A stretch of DNA of 37,833 nucleotides from an uncultured virus (IMG/VR IMGVR_UViG_3300027816_000082) (IMGVR_UViG_3300027816_000082), one strand, 5' to 3'. Counted from the stretch's first letter, positions 9,294 through 19,301 are shown. Made by a program: numbers and translations. Notes: generated by a model not told the origin, from the sequence alone.

Positions 9294-9301
9294 TACTTAT
9301 A
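9294..9301 (+). promoter_or_regulatory. Putative late promoter variant TACTTATA
   Basis: 14 nt upstream of the portal ATG; the same variant occurs at 29014. Confidence 0.5.
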
Positions 9302-9315
9302 TAATAGAATAATAT

Positions 9316-11259
9316 ATGGCTGATCAATCATTTCAGGAATTAAGAAATCGTTCATTGTTTGCACGTTTGAAACGTTTGTTTTCAAACGATGTAATTGTTA
9401 GAAACATTGGCGGTAAAAAGTTAAAGGTAGTTGATACCGATGAAATTCAATATGCCACGGATCGTAATAGTTTAAGAGATCGTTTTAATAGATTACGTAC
9501 TACTTCATATAATCAATATACCAGAGATTTCAATCTATCATATCAAAGCAGTCGTGTAGAACTATTTCGTGACTATGATACGATGGACATGGATCCAATT
9601 CTAGCATCTGCTTTGGATATCTATGCCGATGAATGTACCACGCGAGATGAAATGGGGGAAATTTTACAAATTAAATCCAGTAATGATGAAATTAAAAACA
9701 TACTTCATAACTTATTTTATGATATTCTAAATATTGAATTTAATCTATGGAGTTGGACTCGGTGTATGGTTAAATATGGAGATTTTTATCTTCGTTTACA
9801 TATTAGTCCGGAATACGGTGTATATATGGTTGAACCGTTAAGCACTTATTATGTCACCCGAGTTGAAAATGCACATTTGCAAAACAAAAATTTTGTAAAA
9901 TTTCAAGTTAATCTTCCATATGGCAATAAAATGGAAGATCTTGAAAATTATCAAATTGCACATTTTAGATTATTAAGTGATAGTAACTTCTTGCCATACG
10001 GTAAGAGTATGTTGGAAGGTGCTCGTCGGGTTTGGAAACAATTGAGTTTGATGGAAGATGCAATGTTAATTCATCGTATCATGCGTGCTCCTGAAAAACG
10101 TATCTTCAAAGTTGATATCGGCAATATTCCTCCAAATGAAGTTGACAATCATATGGAACGAATTATGACTCAGATGAAAAAGGTTCCATATGTAGATCAA
10201 CAAACAGGCGATTACAATTTACGTTTCAATTTACAAAACATGGTTGAAGATTTCTTCTTGCCAGTTCGTGGTAGTGATAGTGGTACAAGCATTGATAATT
10301 TGCCCGGATTGGAGTGGACAGGTACAGACGATATTGAATATCTTCGCAATAAGATGATGGCCGCACTTAAGATTCCAAAAGCATTTTTAGGATACGATGA
10401 AAGTTTAAGTGGTAAAGCTACGTTAGCGGCTGAAGATATTCGTTTTGCTAGAACGATTCAACGTATACAGAGAATTATTGTAAGTGAATTAAATAAGATT
10501 GCCTTAATTCATTTATACAGTCAAGGATATCGCGATGAATCACTTGTTGATTTTACGTTAGAGTTGACCAATCCATCTACTATTTTTGAAAAAGAAAAAA
10601 TAGATGTTTGGAAGAGTAAAGTTGAAGTATCTAAAGACATGCAAGAAAATAAGTTTTTTAGCAAAAAGTGGATTTATGAAAACGTGTTTGGTTTAAGTGA
10701 TCAAAACATGATAGAGTTACAAAAACAATTAGTCGATGATGCTAAAGGTACTTATAGATTTAAGCAAATTGAAGACGAAGGTAATGATCCGGCGATTAAG
10801 TTTTTGCAATCAAGTGAAGAAAAAACGGATGGAGAAGGTGGAGGAGATGAACCTCCCTCTGACAGTGGATTACCCACAGGAGATTCCGATATAAATTCAG
10901 AACTATCAGGTAATAAAAAAGAAGAACCCCAAAAAGAACCAACTAAAGAACCATCTAAAGAACCATCTAAAGAACCAACTGGAGCTGCGGGGTCAACTCC
11001 TCCAAAATTGTCCGAAAGAGATCAAAGTGGTAGAAAAGATGCTCGTAAATATCGGTTTGGAGAGGATCCCTTGGGTACGCTAGAAAATAACAGACGAAGT
11101 GATCTATCAGTAACACACAAATATAAAAACAAATCTCCATTATCATTGGAATCGTTGTCAGGACTTAATGATATGTTAAATACAGTTGATCAAGAAAAAC
11201 AAATTTTAAGAGAGGGAAACGAAAAATCCTTTATGGATGAAAGAAATATAAAAGAATAA
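9316..11259 (+). CDS. gp20: Portal protein (T4 gp20-like) with a disordered C-terminal extension
   Basis: ALDIYADE, YGKSMLEGARRVWKQLSLMEDAMLIHRIMRAPEKRIFKVDIGNIP, EDFFLPVRG, DDIEYLRNK..ALKIPKAFL. Confidence 0.97.
   Translation: MADQSFQELRNRSLFARLKRLFSNDVIVRNIGGKKLKVVDTDEIQYATDRNSLRDRFNRLRTTSYNQYTRDFNLSYQSSRVELFRDYDTMDMDPILASALDIYADECTTRDEMGEILQIKSSNDEIKNILHNLFYDILNIEFNLWSWTRCMVKYGDFYLRLHISPEYGVYMVEPLSTYYVTRVENAHLQNKNFVKFQVNLPYGNKMEDLENYQIAHFRLLSDSNFLPYGKSMLEGARRVWKQLSLMEDAMLIHRIMRAPEKRIFKVDIGNIPPNEVDNHMERIMTQMKKVPYVDQQTGDYNLRFNLQNMVEDFFLPVRGSDSGTSIDNLPGLEWTGTDDIEYLRNKMMAALKIPKAFLGYDESLSGKATLAAEDIRFARTIQRIQRIIVSELNKIALIHLYSQGYRDESLVDFTLELTNPSTIFEKEKIDVWKSKVEVSKDMQENKFFSKKWIYENVFGLSDQNMIELQKQLVDDAKGTYRFKQIEDEGNDPAIKFLQSSEEKTDGEGGGDEPPSDSGLPTGDSDINSELSGNKKEEPQKEPTKEPSKEPSKEPTGAAGSTPPKLSERDQSGRKDARKYRFGEDPLGTLENNRRSDLSVTHKYKNKSPLSLESLSGLNDMLNTVDQEKQILREGNEKSFMDERNIKE
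10933..10980 (+). repeat. 4 x 12-bp tandem repeat (KEP[T/S]) in the portal tail
   Basis: aaagaacca(a/t)ct repeated four times. Confidence 0.9.
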
Positions 11260-11315
11260 ATACAAATACTATATATTTAAATAGTTCTTATATATTTATA
11301 AATAATATTAATATT

Positions 11316-12200
11316 ATGCATAAGAAAGCAAAACATTCAAAATTTAAGAATGCTGGAATATTGTTTGAACTTCTTACGCGTCAAATTACTGCAGATATTT
11401 TGGCGGGTAGAGATGAATCATTTACTAAAAATTTAATGTTTAAATACTTTCACGAAAGTAAAGAGCTTGGTAAAGAAGCACAGTTATACAATTTTGTTTT
11501 GCATCAAACCAGCAAAGATACCACATCCGCAGATCGTATTTTAAATGTTGTTTTACAAACACGTTCAAAATTAGATGAACGTGAATTGAACAAACAAAAA
11601 TATAACGTAATCAAAGAAATAAAAGAAAAGTACAATATTGATGAATTTTTGAAGAACAAGATTCCCAATTATAAATTATACGCTTCTATTTATAAACTAT
11701 TTGAAAATCAAGTAGAATGTGAAGTTAAGTTTGATATAAAAGAGTTAGTCGAGTCCAGAGAATATATCGTTGAAAATTTAACTAAAGAAAAAAAGAATAG
11801 TGAAGAAAGTTTGGATGTTTATGGAAGTCAGAGTGCAGAAGTAAGATTGTTAGCATATAAATTCTTGATTGAAAATTTTAACACTAAGTATAGTAATTTG
11901 TTACCTTCACAAAAGAAACTACTTAAAGAATACATTACAAATATTAGTAATTCAAGTAAATTTACTAAATTTGTAAATGAAGAGTATAAAAGAATAAGCA
12001 TTTTATTGAAAGAAAATTTACAAACTGTAAATTCCGATGTGGTTAAAATTAAAATAACAGAAGTTGTTAATCAGTTTTCAAATAAAAACGTTGCGGGTGT
12101 GGTAAAAGAAAATCAGTTAACTTCATTGTTGAATGCATACGAATTAGTTGAAGAACTTGAAAAGTTAAAGAATGAAGGTACATCTAAAAAAGAAAATTAA
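11316..12200 (+). CDS. Helical hypothetical protein downstream of portal (prohead core-associated)
   Basis: KHSKFKNAGILFELLTRQITAD start, position in the head module, TATTTATA at 11293-11300. Confidence 0.65.
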   Translation: MHKKAKHSKFKNAGILFELLTRQITADILAGRDESFTKNLMFKYFHESKELGKEAQLYNFVLHQTSKDTTSADRILNVVLQTRSKLDERELNKQKYNVIKEIKEKYNIDEFLKNKIPNYKLYASIYKLFENQVECEVKFDIKELVESREYIVENLTKEKKNSEESLDVYGSQSAEVRLLAYKFLIENFNTKYSNLLPSQKKLLKEYITNISNSSKFTKFVNEEYKRISILLKENLQTVNSDVVKIKITEVVNQFSNKNVAGVVKENQLTSLLNAYELVEELEKLKNEGTSKKEN

Positions 12201-13191
12201 AGAACTTTTACATAAGTTAAAAGTTAAAAACGAAGCTAGTATGACTGGTACGGCTCCTGTAGCATCGGGTCCTGTTGCGGTAGGAGGAGATGCTGCTAGA
12301 ACGCCATTTGCATTTTCAAAAAGAGGCACTCGTCCTTCAACTTATAATCAATTGGGTTATAAATTAGCAAAAAATATTAAAAAGAGTCCAAATTTTAAAT
12401 TAGAAAATCAAGTTTATAGTCAACCTTCATATACAACACCATCTTTTAATATAGAACCAACCAATACATATTTTGACAAGAATGGATTGGTGCAACACAA
12501 CGATCCCAACATTGATCCAAATTTAATAGGATATAAACAAGGCAATCTGCCTGTAACCGAAGGTTTTAATGGATTGAAATACGAACAAGAAGGACAAAAA
12601 CCTTTACAACAAAACGTTAAACAGTCTTTACCAACCAATTCAGTTCAACCACTCAAACAACAATCTGTTACACCACCCACACAATCGGCTGTTCAACCGT
12701 CGGTTAATATTAAAAATTATGATGTTTTACCAGATTTCACGTCGTTTGATACCAAATTAAAAAGTAGCACAGAATCTTTAAAAAACAATTTACAAAAAAC
12801 TATTCAAGATAAAATTTTGGGTAAAAAAATAGTGGTAAGAGCTAGCAAAGGATATAAGCAACCAGAAACAGATTATACAATAAATGTTACAGGTGTAGCA
12901 ATAGATTACTACTATGATAGATATGTTATTATTATAATAGGACGTGAAGAAAATAAACAAAAGGTTGCTAAGTTTTTCATTAAACCCGGATTTTCAATAA
13001 AAATATTAGGCACAGCGGAGCTTAAACCTAAAGATAAATATCAGGTAGCTAAGTCTCAGGCATTGGTAAGTCCACAACAATCGGCTACACCAACAAATAC
13101 GGTGACTTCCGATGAAGAAGAAGCTTCAAAAACACCAGACGAAACTTCTTCTAAGAATCAACAACAATCTCCTACACAAGTAAAAGTATAA
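12172..13191 (+). CDS. Hypothetical protein, putative processed internal head protein
   Basis: 339-aa ORF with Q/P/S-rich linkers, KNE|ASMTG..TPFAF motif and one globular beta-rich domain. Confidence 0.65.
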   Translation: MKVHLKKKIKELLHKLKVKNEASMTGTAPVASGPVAVGGDAARTPFAFSKRGTRPSTYNQLGYKLAKNIKKSPNFKLENQVYSQPSYTTPSFNIEPTNTYFDKNGLVQHNDPNIDPNLIGYKQGNLPVTEGFNGLKYEQEGQKPLQQNVKQSLPTNSVQPLKQQSVTPPTQSAVQPSVNIKNYDVLPDFTSFDTKLKSSTESLKNNLQKTIQDKILGKKIVVRASKGYKQPETDYTINVTGVAIDYYYDRYVIIIIGREENKQKVAKFFIKPGFSIKILGTAELKPKDKYQVAKSQALVSPQQSATPTNTVTSDEEEASKTPDETSSKNQQQSPTQVKV

Positions 13192-13192
13192 T

Positions 13193-13798
13193 ATGAAACA
13201 AGTATTAATAGACGTATTACCATTTGAGTTTAAAAAATCGTCATTGAATGAATCTTATTCAGATGGAAAAATGGTAGTGACAGGCGTTCTTCAACGTGCT
13301 GATGCAAAAAATCAAAATGGTAGAGTATATCCATCCGAAATTTTAAAAAGAGAATCGGAGAAATACATGGACAATTTCGTAAAACAACGTCGTGCCATGG
13401 GTGAATTAGACCACCCCGAATCTTCCGTTGTAAATTTGAAAAACGTTAGTCATAATATTATTGACATGGGATGGGACGGTAAAGATTTGATGGGTACGGT
13501 TGAAATTTTACCAACTCCAAGTGGTAATATTTTGAAAGATCTTCTTAAGGCTGGTATTTTGTTGGGAATTAGTAGCCGGGGACTGGGATCTGTTAAAAAA
13601 GATATGAGAGAAAACGCAGATGTTGTACAAGACGATTTTGATTTAATAGCGTTTGATTTTGTTAGCAATCCAAGTACACAAGGAGCGTTTATGTATCCAC
13701 AAGGAAAAATAAATGAAAGTGTCGATCAATCAAAAACAATTATTAATCCTTATAGTAACGTTGAAAGAATTATCCACAACATTCTATCAGAACTATAA
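13193..13798 (+). CDS. gp21: Prohead maturation protease (T4 gp21-like)
   Basis: LQRADAKNQNGRVYP, GELDHP, VSH, GISSRGLGS, FDFVSNPSTQGA. Confidence 0.96.
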   Translation: MKQVLIDVLPFEFKKSSLNESYSDGKMVVTGVLQRADAKNQNGRVYPSEILKRESEKYMDNFVKQRRAMGELDHPESSVVNLKNVSHNIIDMGWDGKDLMGTVEILPTPSGNILKDLLKAGILLGISSRGLGSVKKDMRENADVVQDDFDLIAFDFVSNPSTQGAFMYPQGKINESVDQSKTIINPYSNVERIIHNILSEL

Positions 13799-13810
13799 TA
13801 TTTATAAAGT

Positions 13811-14236
13811 ATGAAATTAAAACATTTACTAGAAAATTCGACTGAACACGCATATACTCCACTTACCGTATATGAAAAGAAAAATATGGTTGAAACTATC
13901 AAGGCTTATAATCAATATCGCAAAGGATTAAAAGCTGAGGGAGTATATGCTACCGCTCAAAAAATAATGGAGGCCGTTAACTTGGCCGAACGTTATGCTT
14001 TAAAAGAATGTGGCGATTGGATGGAAGCTAAGATGGTGGAACGTGACATGAAAGAAATCAAACGTGATGCCGCTAAAATGTACGAAGAAGCACAAAAAAT
14101 GAAATCCATTGAAAAACAACTAGAAATGTTGTATGAAGAAGTTGGTCGTCGTTTGGAAAGATATTTTGAAATTGCGGATATCACTCCGACAACCGACACT
14201 AAGTCTTTAACTGATTCATCGGAATTGAATCAATAA
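13811..14236 (+). CDS. Hypothetical helical head protein
   Basis: Leader MKLKHLLENS; TATTTATA at 13799-13806; ends LYEEVGRRLERYFEI. Confidence 0.7.
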   Translation: MKLKHLLENSTEHAYTPLTVYEKKNMVETIKAYNQYRKGLKAEGVYATAQKIMEAVNLAERYALKECGDWMEAKMVERDMKEIKRDAAKMYEEAQKMKSIEKQLEMLYEEVGRRLERYFEIADITPTTDTKSLTDSSELNQ

Positions 14237-14672
14237 ATTCAATCATTTTATTAAACGTTTCAAAAACGTATTTTCTATTTGTTTCTAATACATAGCCTTC
14301 GTCAGTTTTATAGACGAAGGCTTTTGTTTTTTCATTTTCCATTTTTATTGATGGAATTTCAATTTCACTAAACATTTTGTATTCATCATCAATACGAAAA
14401 TTCATTTCTCCCAACATATCCAATTCTTTAAAATCCCATCCATTTGGGTGGTCAATATCTTCTAGTTTATAAATTTTTACATCTTCTTCAAAATTATCAT
14501 TATTAATAAAATTAATTAGTTTAGGACTTTTATAATTGTTATAATTATTATTCATTGAACGCACGTCGGGATTAGAATAAGGGTTTTCTTCTCCGGTTCT
14601 TTTAATATTTTTATAAGATTCCTTTTTATTATTTATATGTTTATTAAAGTTTGGATTGAAATTGTATGGCAT
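14199..14672 (-). CDS. Hypothetical protein
   Basis: Probable start MPYNFNPNF at 14672, directly after the stop of the upstream minus-strand gene. Confidence 0.65.
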   Translation of the reverse strand: MPYNFNPNFNKHINNKKESYKNIKRTGEENPYSNPDVRSMNNNYNNYKSPKLINFINNDNFEEDVKIYKLEDIDHPNGWDFKELDMLGEMNFRIDDEYKMFSEIEIPSIKMENEKTKAFVYKTDEGYVLETNRKYVFETFNKMIEFIDSIPMNQLKT

Positions 14673-14673
14673 A

Positions 14674-15267
14674 TTAAATGGATCCGAAAGTTGTGTTAAT
14701 TCTATCAATAAAATCAGTAAGAGTTTTTGTTTTTTCAGAAATGTTACGATCATCAAAACTACTACTTAACAAGTCTAATATTTCTTTTTCCGTTTTGTCA
14801 GGAAAAGTTCTTTGAATAAAACAAGCATATTTGTATGTACCATCATTTTTATCAATTAATTTTTTAAATACAAATTTTTTGTTAGTACCATTACTGCTTA
14901 CTTCAGTATAAATTTCGTTATTTTGTTTATCTATTTTAAAAGTTGTTTTTCCAAATCCAGAAAATCCAGTTTGTTTACCCTGAAACATTTCATATTCCTT
15001 TTCATCAAACGGTACACCAACTTGTTTTGATAAATGTTGTTTGAAACTTACTCCCTTTACTCTTTTTACTTTACTTAAACTATATTCATTTTCTTTTATT
15101 TGATTTAAAATTTCTTTTAATTTAGTAAAATGTTTAACGCTACTGGGTTTAATGGTACGTGCCATTTTACGAACGTTAGAAGATACATCATTGTTATTAA
15201 CATTACCTTTTTGTATGGCTCTCACCAATTTAAATAGATTTGCTTGTTTTTGACTTTTTGCAGGCAT
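14674..15267 (-). CDS. Hypothetical protein with a DUF3008-like N-terminus
   Basis: MPAKSQKQANLFKLVRAIQKG..VRKMARTIKPSSVKHF; TATTTATT 5 nt upstream on the minus strand (15273-15280). Confidence 0.7.
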   Translation of the reverse strand: MPAKSQKQANLFKLVRAIQKGNVNNNDVSSNVRKMARTIKPSSVKHFTKLKEILNQIKENEYSLSKVKRVKGVSFKQHLSKQVGVPFDEKEYEMFQGKQTGFSGFGKTTFKIDKQNNEIYTEVSSNGTNKKFVFKKLIDKNDGTYKYACFIQRTFPDKTEKEILDLLSSSFDDRNISEKTKTLTDFIDRINTTFGSI

Positions 15268-15314
15268 ATATCAATAAATATAAACTTTTTTATTATATTT
15301 TGATTTTTATTATA

Positions 15315-15421
15315 TATTTATTAATCAAATACATCATTCTTTGATGTGACTTAAATTTATCTTCTTTGGAGTTCTTAATAACTTCACAAACACATAACAA
15401 TAAGAAAGGCAGTAATATAAT
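15315..15421 (+). promoter_or_regulatory. Late promoter plus structured ~100-nt leader of the scaffold-capsid operon
   Basis: TATTTATT at 15315-15322; hairpins acatca/tgatgt (15331-15347) and tggagtt/aacttca (15367-15386); AAGAAAGG at 15402-15409. Confidence 0.5.
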
Positions 15422-16531
15422 ATGAGCGATCTATTAAAAGAAAGTATCGCGGATGCTAAAGCTGTACGTGAAACGGCACTAGCAAACGCAAAAAGTTTTC
15501 TCGAAGAAAACTTTGCAGCAAGCGTAAAAGAAATGTTTGCTGAAAAACTAAAGGAAGAAATGGCTGAAGACGATTCCGCCGAAGAAACCGAAGGAGATAA
15601 AATTGAAGAAAAATTGGGATCTTCAGGTATCGGCAAAGATGATAGCAATCTTGCTTCTAAACAACATCCCACAAAACCTTCTACTGTAGCAAATAAAAAC
15701 ACAACTCCCGCCGGTAAACAAGAATTTGATGTAAAATTGGAAGAATCTTCAACAGAAGATGGCGCCGAAGTTACAAGTGAAGAGTTGGATGAAATTCTAG
15801 CAGAATTAGAAAGCGAAGTTTCTGAAAATACAGAAGGTGCTTCAGACGTAGCAGAAGTTGACGATTCTTGTGAAATGGACGAAGAAATCAGTTTGGATGA
15901 ACTTCTAGCTGAATTAGAAGGTGAAGAAGCCGCGCCAGCTCCTGCTCCAGCAGCTGCAGCTCCAACACCAGCTCCAGCAGATCCTACAGCAGTTCAAGTG
16001 CCGGCAGCTCCAGTAGCACCTGCCGCTCCTGAAGATCAAACTCAGATGCCAGGTCAAGTACCCTCTCCTGTAGCTGAAGGCGACGTTACAGCCGACGAAA
16101 TGGCAGAAGCACTAATTGCAATTAACGAAGAAAACGAAACTCTTAAGAAACAGTTGGGTGAAGCACTGAATACCGTAAAATATATGAAGGGTGTTCTAGC
16201 CGAAACCAATTTATTGAATGCTAAGTTGCTTTATACCAATAAACTATTTAAAGGTAAAGGTTTAACCGAAGATCAAAAGCTTAAGATCATTAACACTTTC
16301 GACTTGACCAAGAATATTCGTGAAGTCAAGTTGGCATATACAGTTTTGGCCGAATCACTTAATTCCGGTGCATCAGTTGTCAAGAAAAAGACTAATACAA
16401 CTGCTCAAACTATCACCGAAGGTTTGGCAAGCAAACCAGTATCATCAACAAAGCCTGATTCTACCATTGTAGAACCTCAAGCCGATGTGATGACTTCAAG
16501 ATTCCAAAAACTCGCAGGAATCAAGAAGTAA
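15422..16531 (+). CDS. Prohead core/scaffold protein (T4 gp22-like position and character)
   Basis: Very acidic coiled coil with many LxE sites and a Pro/Ala linker; LLKESIADAKAVRETALANAK, NLLNAKLLYTNKLF, C-terminal RFQKLAGI; directly upstream of the capsid gene. Confidence 0.85.
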   Translation: MSDLLKESIADAKAVRETALANAKSFLEENFAASVKEMFAEKLKEEMAEDDSAEETEGDKIEEKLGSSGIGKDDSNLASKQHPTKPSTVANKNTTPAGKQEFDVKLEESSTEDGAEVTSEELDEILAELESEVSENTEGASDVAEVDDSCEMDEEISLDELLAELEGEEAAPAPAPAAAAPTPAPADPTAVQVPAAPVAPAAPEDQTQMPGQVPSPVAEGDVTADEMAEALIAINEENETLKKQLGEALNTVKYMKGVLAETNLLNAKLLYTNKLFKGKGLTEDQKLKIINTFDLTKNIREVKLAYTVLAESLNSGASVVKKKTNTTAQTITEGLASKPVSSTKPDSTIVEPQADVMTSRFQKLAGIKK

Positions 16532-16584
16532 AATTAGTTTGCGAGTAAAAACCTAACAGTAATTAATATAGAAAGAAACAAAAT

Positions 16585-18411
16585 ATGAGTATGGATGTAA
16601 AGAGTCTATTGACAAATAATATGAATCCACAAGCCAAATTGATGGCTGAAACCCGTGGATTACAAAACAAATGGGAAAAGACAGGCCTACTAGAAGGTTG
16701 TGCTGGTGTTGAAAAGGCACACATGTCTATCCTCTTGGAAAACCAAGCAAAACAATTGCTTGACGAAGCAACCACCACTGGTACTTCTACCAGTTCTGAA
16801 CAATGGGCTGGCGTAGCTCTTCCATTGGTTCGTCGTGTGTTCGCTGAGATCGCTGCGAAGGAATTCGTAAGCGTTCAACCAATGAACCTACCATCAGGTC
16901 TAATTTTCTATTTAGACTTCAAGTATGGTACAACCGCTCCTGGTACCGACTTACGTAATTTGAATAACGGTAGTGCTAAAACCACACGTGCCGGTAAACA
17001 ATTGAACGATAGTTTGTTCGGTGGTACAGGTAAGAAATTGGGTTCTACCGACGACGCTGTTCGTGGTTTATATGGTCAAGGCGCATATGCTTATTCAGTT
17101 CGTCCAGTAAGTAGCTCTGCTATTACACTAACAAAAGTAGCAGGTACTACATCCACTGGTAATACAATTCAAACAGCTTCTTGGAATGACGTGCAATTTG
17201 CTAGCGAATTGAGTTCGTCCGTAGTAGCTAAGAAATTGTTCAAGGTAATCTTGAATCATGACGACAATACTTCCGGTATTGCTGCTAATGGATATGTATA
17301 TAATGCAGATTTAAACGCAGCTCGTTCATTCAATTTAATCTCAGGATCAACTACACCAACTACCTTACAAAGTAGTGGTCTCGTATTGAATACATACACT
17401 AAGGCAATCAATACAGGCAGTTTGGGAGATCCATTCTATCAAACCGTATATATCGTATCAGCATCTAACAGTGCATTTGGCGGTGCGTCAAGCAAGGTTA
17501 AATTGATCTATAGTCTACAACCTACCGACAACCTACGTGGTGATTTTGAAGCTGGCAAGACTGCCGGTGAAGGATCCGGTACGGCCGGTAACGTTGCTAC
17601 ACAAAGCATTGATACCGATATCAGTATCCCAGAAGTTAACTTGGTACTAAACAGCGAACCTATCGTTGCTAAAACTCGTAAACTAAAGGCAGTCTGGACC
17701 CCAGAATTGGCTCAAGACTTGAATGCTTACCACTCTATCGATGCAGAAGCAGAACTTACTGCTCTATTGAGTGAATATGTAAGTATGGAAATTGATCTTG
17801 AAATCCTAGATATGTTGAACGAATCCGTTCAAGGTATCACAACCGAAGCTTGGTCCGCCCAAATCGGCGTTGAGTTCAGCAAGTCAATCAACGCAACAAC
17901 CGGTGAAGCAGTCTTCACACGTAATGCAAACAGTTCACCAAACCGTACTGCTTACGTAAAGAGCACCTGGTTCCAAACTCTTGGTAACAAGATTCAAAAG
18001 GTGTCTAACACAATCCAAAAATTGACCCTCCGTGGTGGTGCTAACTTCTTGGTCGTAAGTCCAGACGTAGCAACAATCTTGGAATCAATCCCAGGATATG
18101 TTGTAAACACTGACGGCGATCAAGCTAAGTTCGCAATGGGCGTAAGCCGTGTTGGTAGCTTCGCAAGTCGCTTCCAAGTTTACAAGAACCCATACATGAC
18201 CGATAACGTAGTATTGGTTGGTTTCCGCGGAAACAACTTCCTAGAAACCGGTGCTGTATATGCTCCTTATATCCCACTAATCCAAACTCCATTGGTCTAT
18301 GATCCAGTGAACTTCACACCACGTAGAGGCGTAATGACCCGCTACGCTAAGAAGGTAGTGCGCCCAGAGTTCTATGGAAAAGTATTAATCGGTGATCTCG
18401 ATACCGTATAA
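16585..18411 (+). CDS. gp23: Major capsid protein (T4 gp23-like)
   Basis: KWEKTGLLEG, LLENQ, LPLVRRVF, VSVQPMNLPSGLIFYLDF, AKTRKLKAVWTPELAQDLNAYHSIDAEAEL, YAPYIPL, FTPRRGVMTRYA. Confidence 0.98.
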   Translation: MSMDVKSLLTNNMNPQAKLMAETRGLQNKWEKTGLLEGCAGVEKAHMSILLENQAKQLLDEATTTGTSTSSEQWAGVALPLVRRVFAEIAAKEFVSVQPMNLPSGLIFYLDFKYGTTAPGTDLRNLNNGSAKTTRAGKQLNDSLFGGTGKKLGSTDDAVRGLYGQGAYAYSVRPVSSSAITLTKVAGTTSTGNTIQTASWNDVQFASELSSSVVAKKLFKVILNHDDNTSGIAANGYVYNADLNAARSFNLISGSTTPTTLQSSGLVLNTYTKAINTGSLGDPFYQTVYIVSASNSAFGGASSKVKLIYSLQPTDNLRGDFEAGKTAGEGSGTAGNVATQSIDTDISIPEVNLVLNSEPIVAKTRKLKAVWTPELAQDLNAYHSIDAEAELTALLSEYVSMEIDLEILDMLNESVQGITTEAWSAQIGVEFSKSINATTGEAVFTRNANSSPNRTAYVKSTWFQTLGNKIQKVSNTIQKLTLRGGANFLVVSPDVATILESIPGYVVNTDGDQAKFAMGVSRVGSFASRFQVYKNPYMTDNVVLVGFRGNNFLETGAVYAPYIPLIQTPLVYDPVNFTPRRGVMTRYAKKVVRPEFYGKVLIGDLDTV

Positions 18412-18435
18412 TACTTAGTAGAAATAAAATAACTC

Positions 18436-18464
18436 AAAAACCCCAACGAAAGTTGGGGTTTTTT
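18436..18464. terminator. Bidirectional intrinsic terminator between the capsid gene and the convergent Mom-like gene
   Basis: aaaaaccccaac-GAAA-gttggggttttt. Confidence 0.92.
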
Positions 18465-19236
18465 ATTCAAAAAATTGGTTATTATTTTGTACAATTATTT
18501 CTTGAACTTCTTCTTTGAATGAAGCATTTTTGGGGTAATCAAGAACTTTATGTTTTAGTGATTTGACAAGTTTCTTGTTCTCTATTTTGTTGCTAATAAA
18601 TTTGATATAACGATACTTGCCACTTTCACGTTTACGCCAAAATGTTCTACCTATACGTTCTTTAAGTTTATCTACACTGTGTGTTTTCCACTTAGCATAT
18701 ACACTTCTACTGTGTATCCATTTATAATTTGGAGGTCCATCTAAACTAACACTATAGTTGGGCATTAGTGCTACATCAACATAATTGTCTCCTTGAAAAA
18801 GAAAGCCCGTAGCTTGGTATATTGTACCTTTATGTCCTACTTCACTATCAGCATAACTTAAAATACATTTTATGTGGGGGTGTTCTTTATTGAGTAATCT
18901 AAAACTTTCAGCTATACAATAACTTTCTATATTCTTGCCGTAACCGTCTGCAATCCACAGTCTTGTTAATTCTAACACATTATTGTTAACAAGTAGTGGT
19001 GATATACTGGTACTGGCGTTTCTACCCACGGCATTTCCATATACCAATACACCTATTAATCTTTCGTTAAATCCACCAAAGAATGTACTCTCAATATATT
19101 CTTTGTAATAAACTCCATAAGCTACTGTACATAGACTCCATTTGTGAGTATAATGATTCTTTTCAATAAGTGTTTTTGCAACATTCTTATTGATGCTTTT
19201 GAGGTAAATTAATGTGGGATCAAAATACTCGGACAT
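18463..19236 (-). CDS. mom: Mom-like DNA modification enzyme (GNAT fold)
   Basis: KNHY, LIGVLVYG, LELTRLW, KNIESYCIAES, SYADSEVGHKGTIYQATGF, KYRYI match the Mu Mom family pattern. Confidence 0.85.
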   Translation of the reverse strand: MSEYFDPTLIYLKSINKNVAKTLIEKNHYTHKWSLCTVAYGVYYKEYIESTFFGGFNERLIGVLVYGNAVGRNASTSISPLLVNNNVLELTRLWIADGYGKNIESYCIAESFRLLNKEHPHIKCILSYADSEVGHKGTIYQATGFLFQGDNYVDVALMPNYSVSLDGPPNYKWIHSRSVYAKWKTHSVDKLKERIGRTFWRKRESGKYRYIKFISNKIENKKLVKSLKHKVLDYPKNASFKEEVQEIIVQNNNQFFE

Positions 19237-19242
19237 AAAACA

Positions 19243-19270
19243 AGTATATCATATGTTTGTCAAAATACAA
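19243..19270 (-). promoter_or_regulatory. Sigma70-type promoter of the Mom-like gene
   Basis: Minus strand reads TTGTAT-16 nt-TATACT with an extended TGn; the ATG lies 6 nt after the -10 box. Confidence 0.6.
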
Positions 19271-19301
19271 GTTTTTATATTATGTTTGATATTTATATTA
19301 T

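Noticed and set aside
16532..16584. Possible hairpin between the scaffold and capsid genes
   Set aside because: Pairing is weak and AT-rich, so it cannot be supported.
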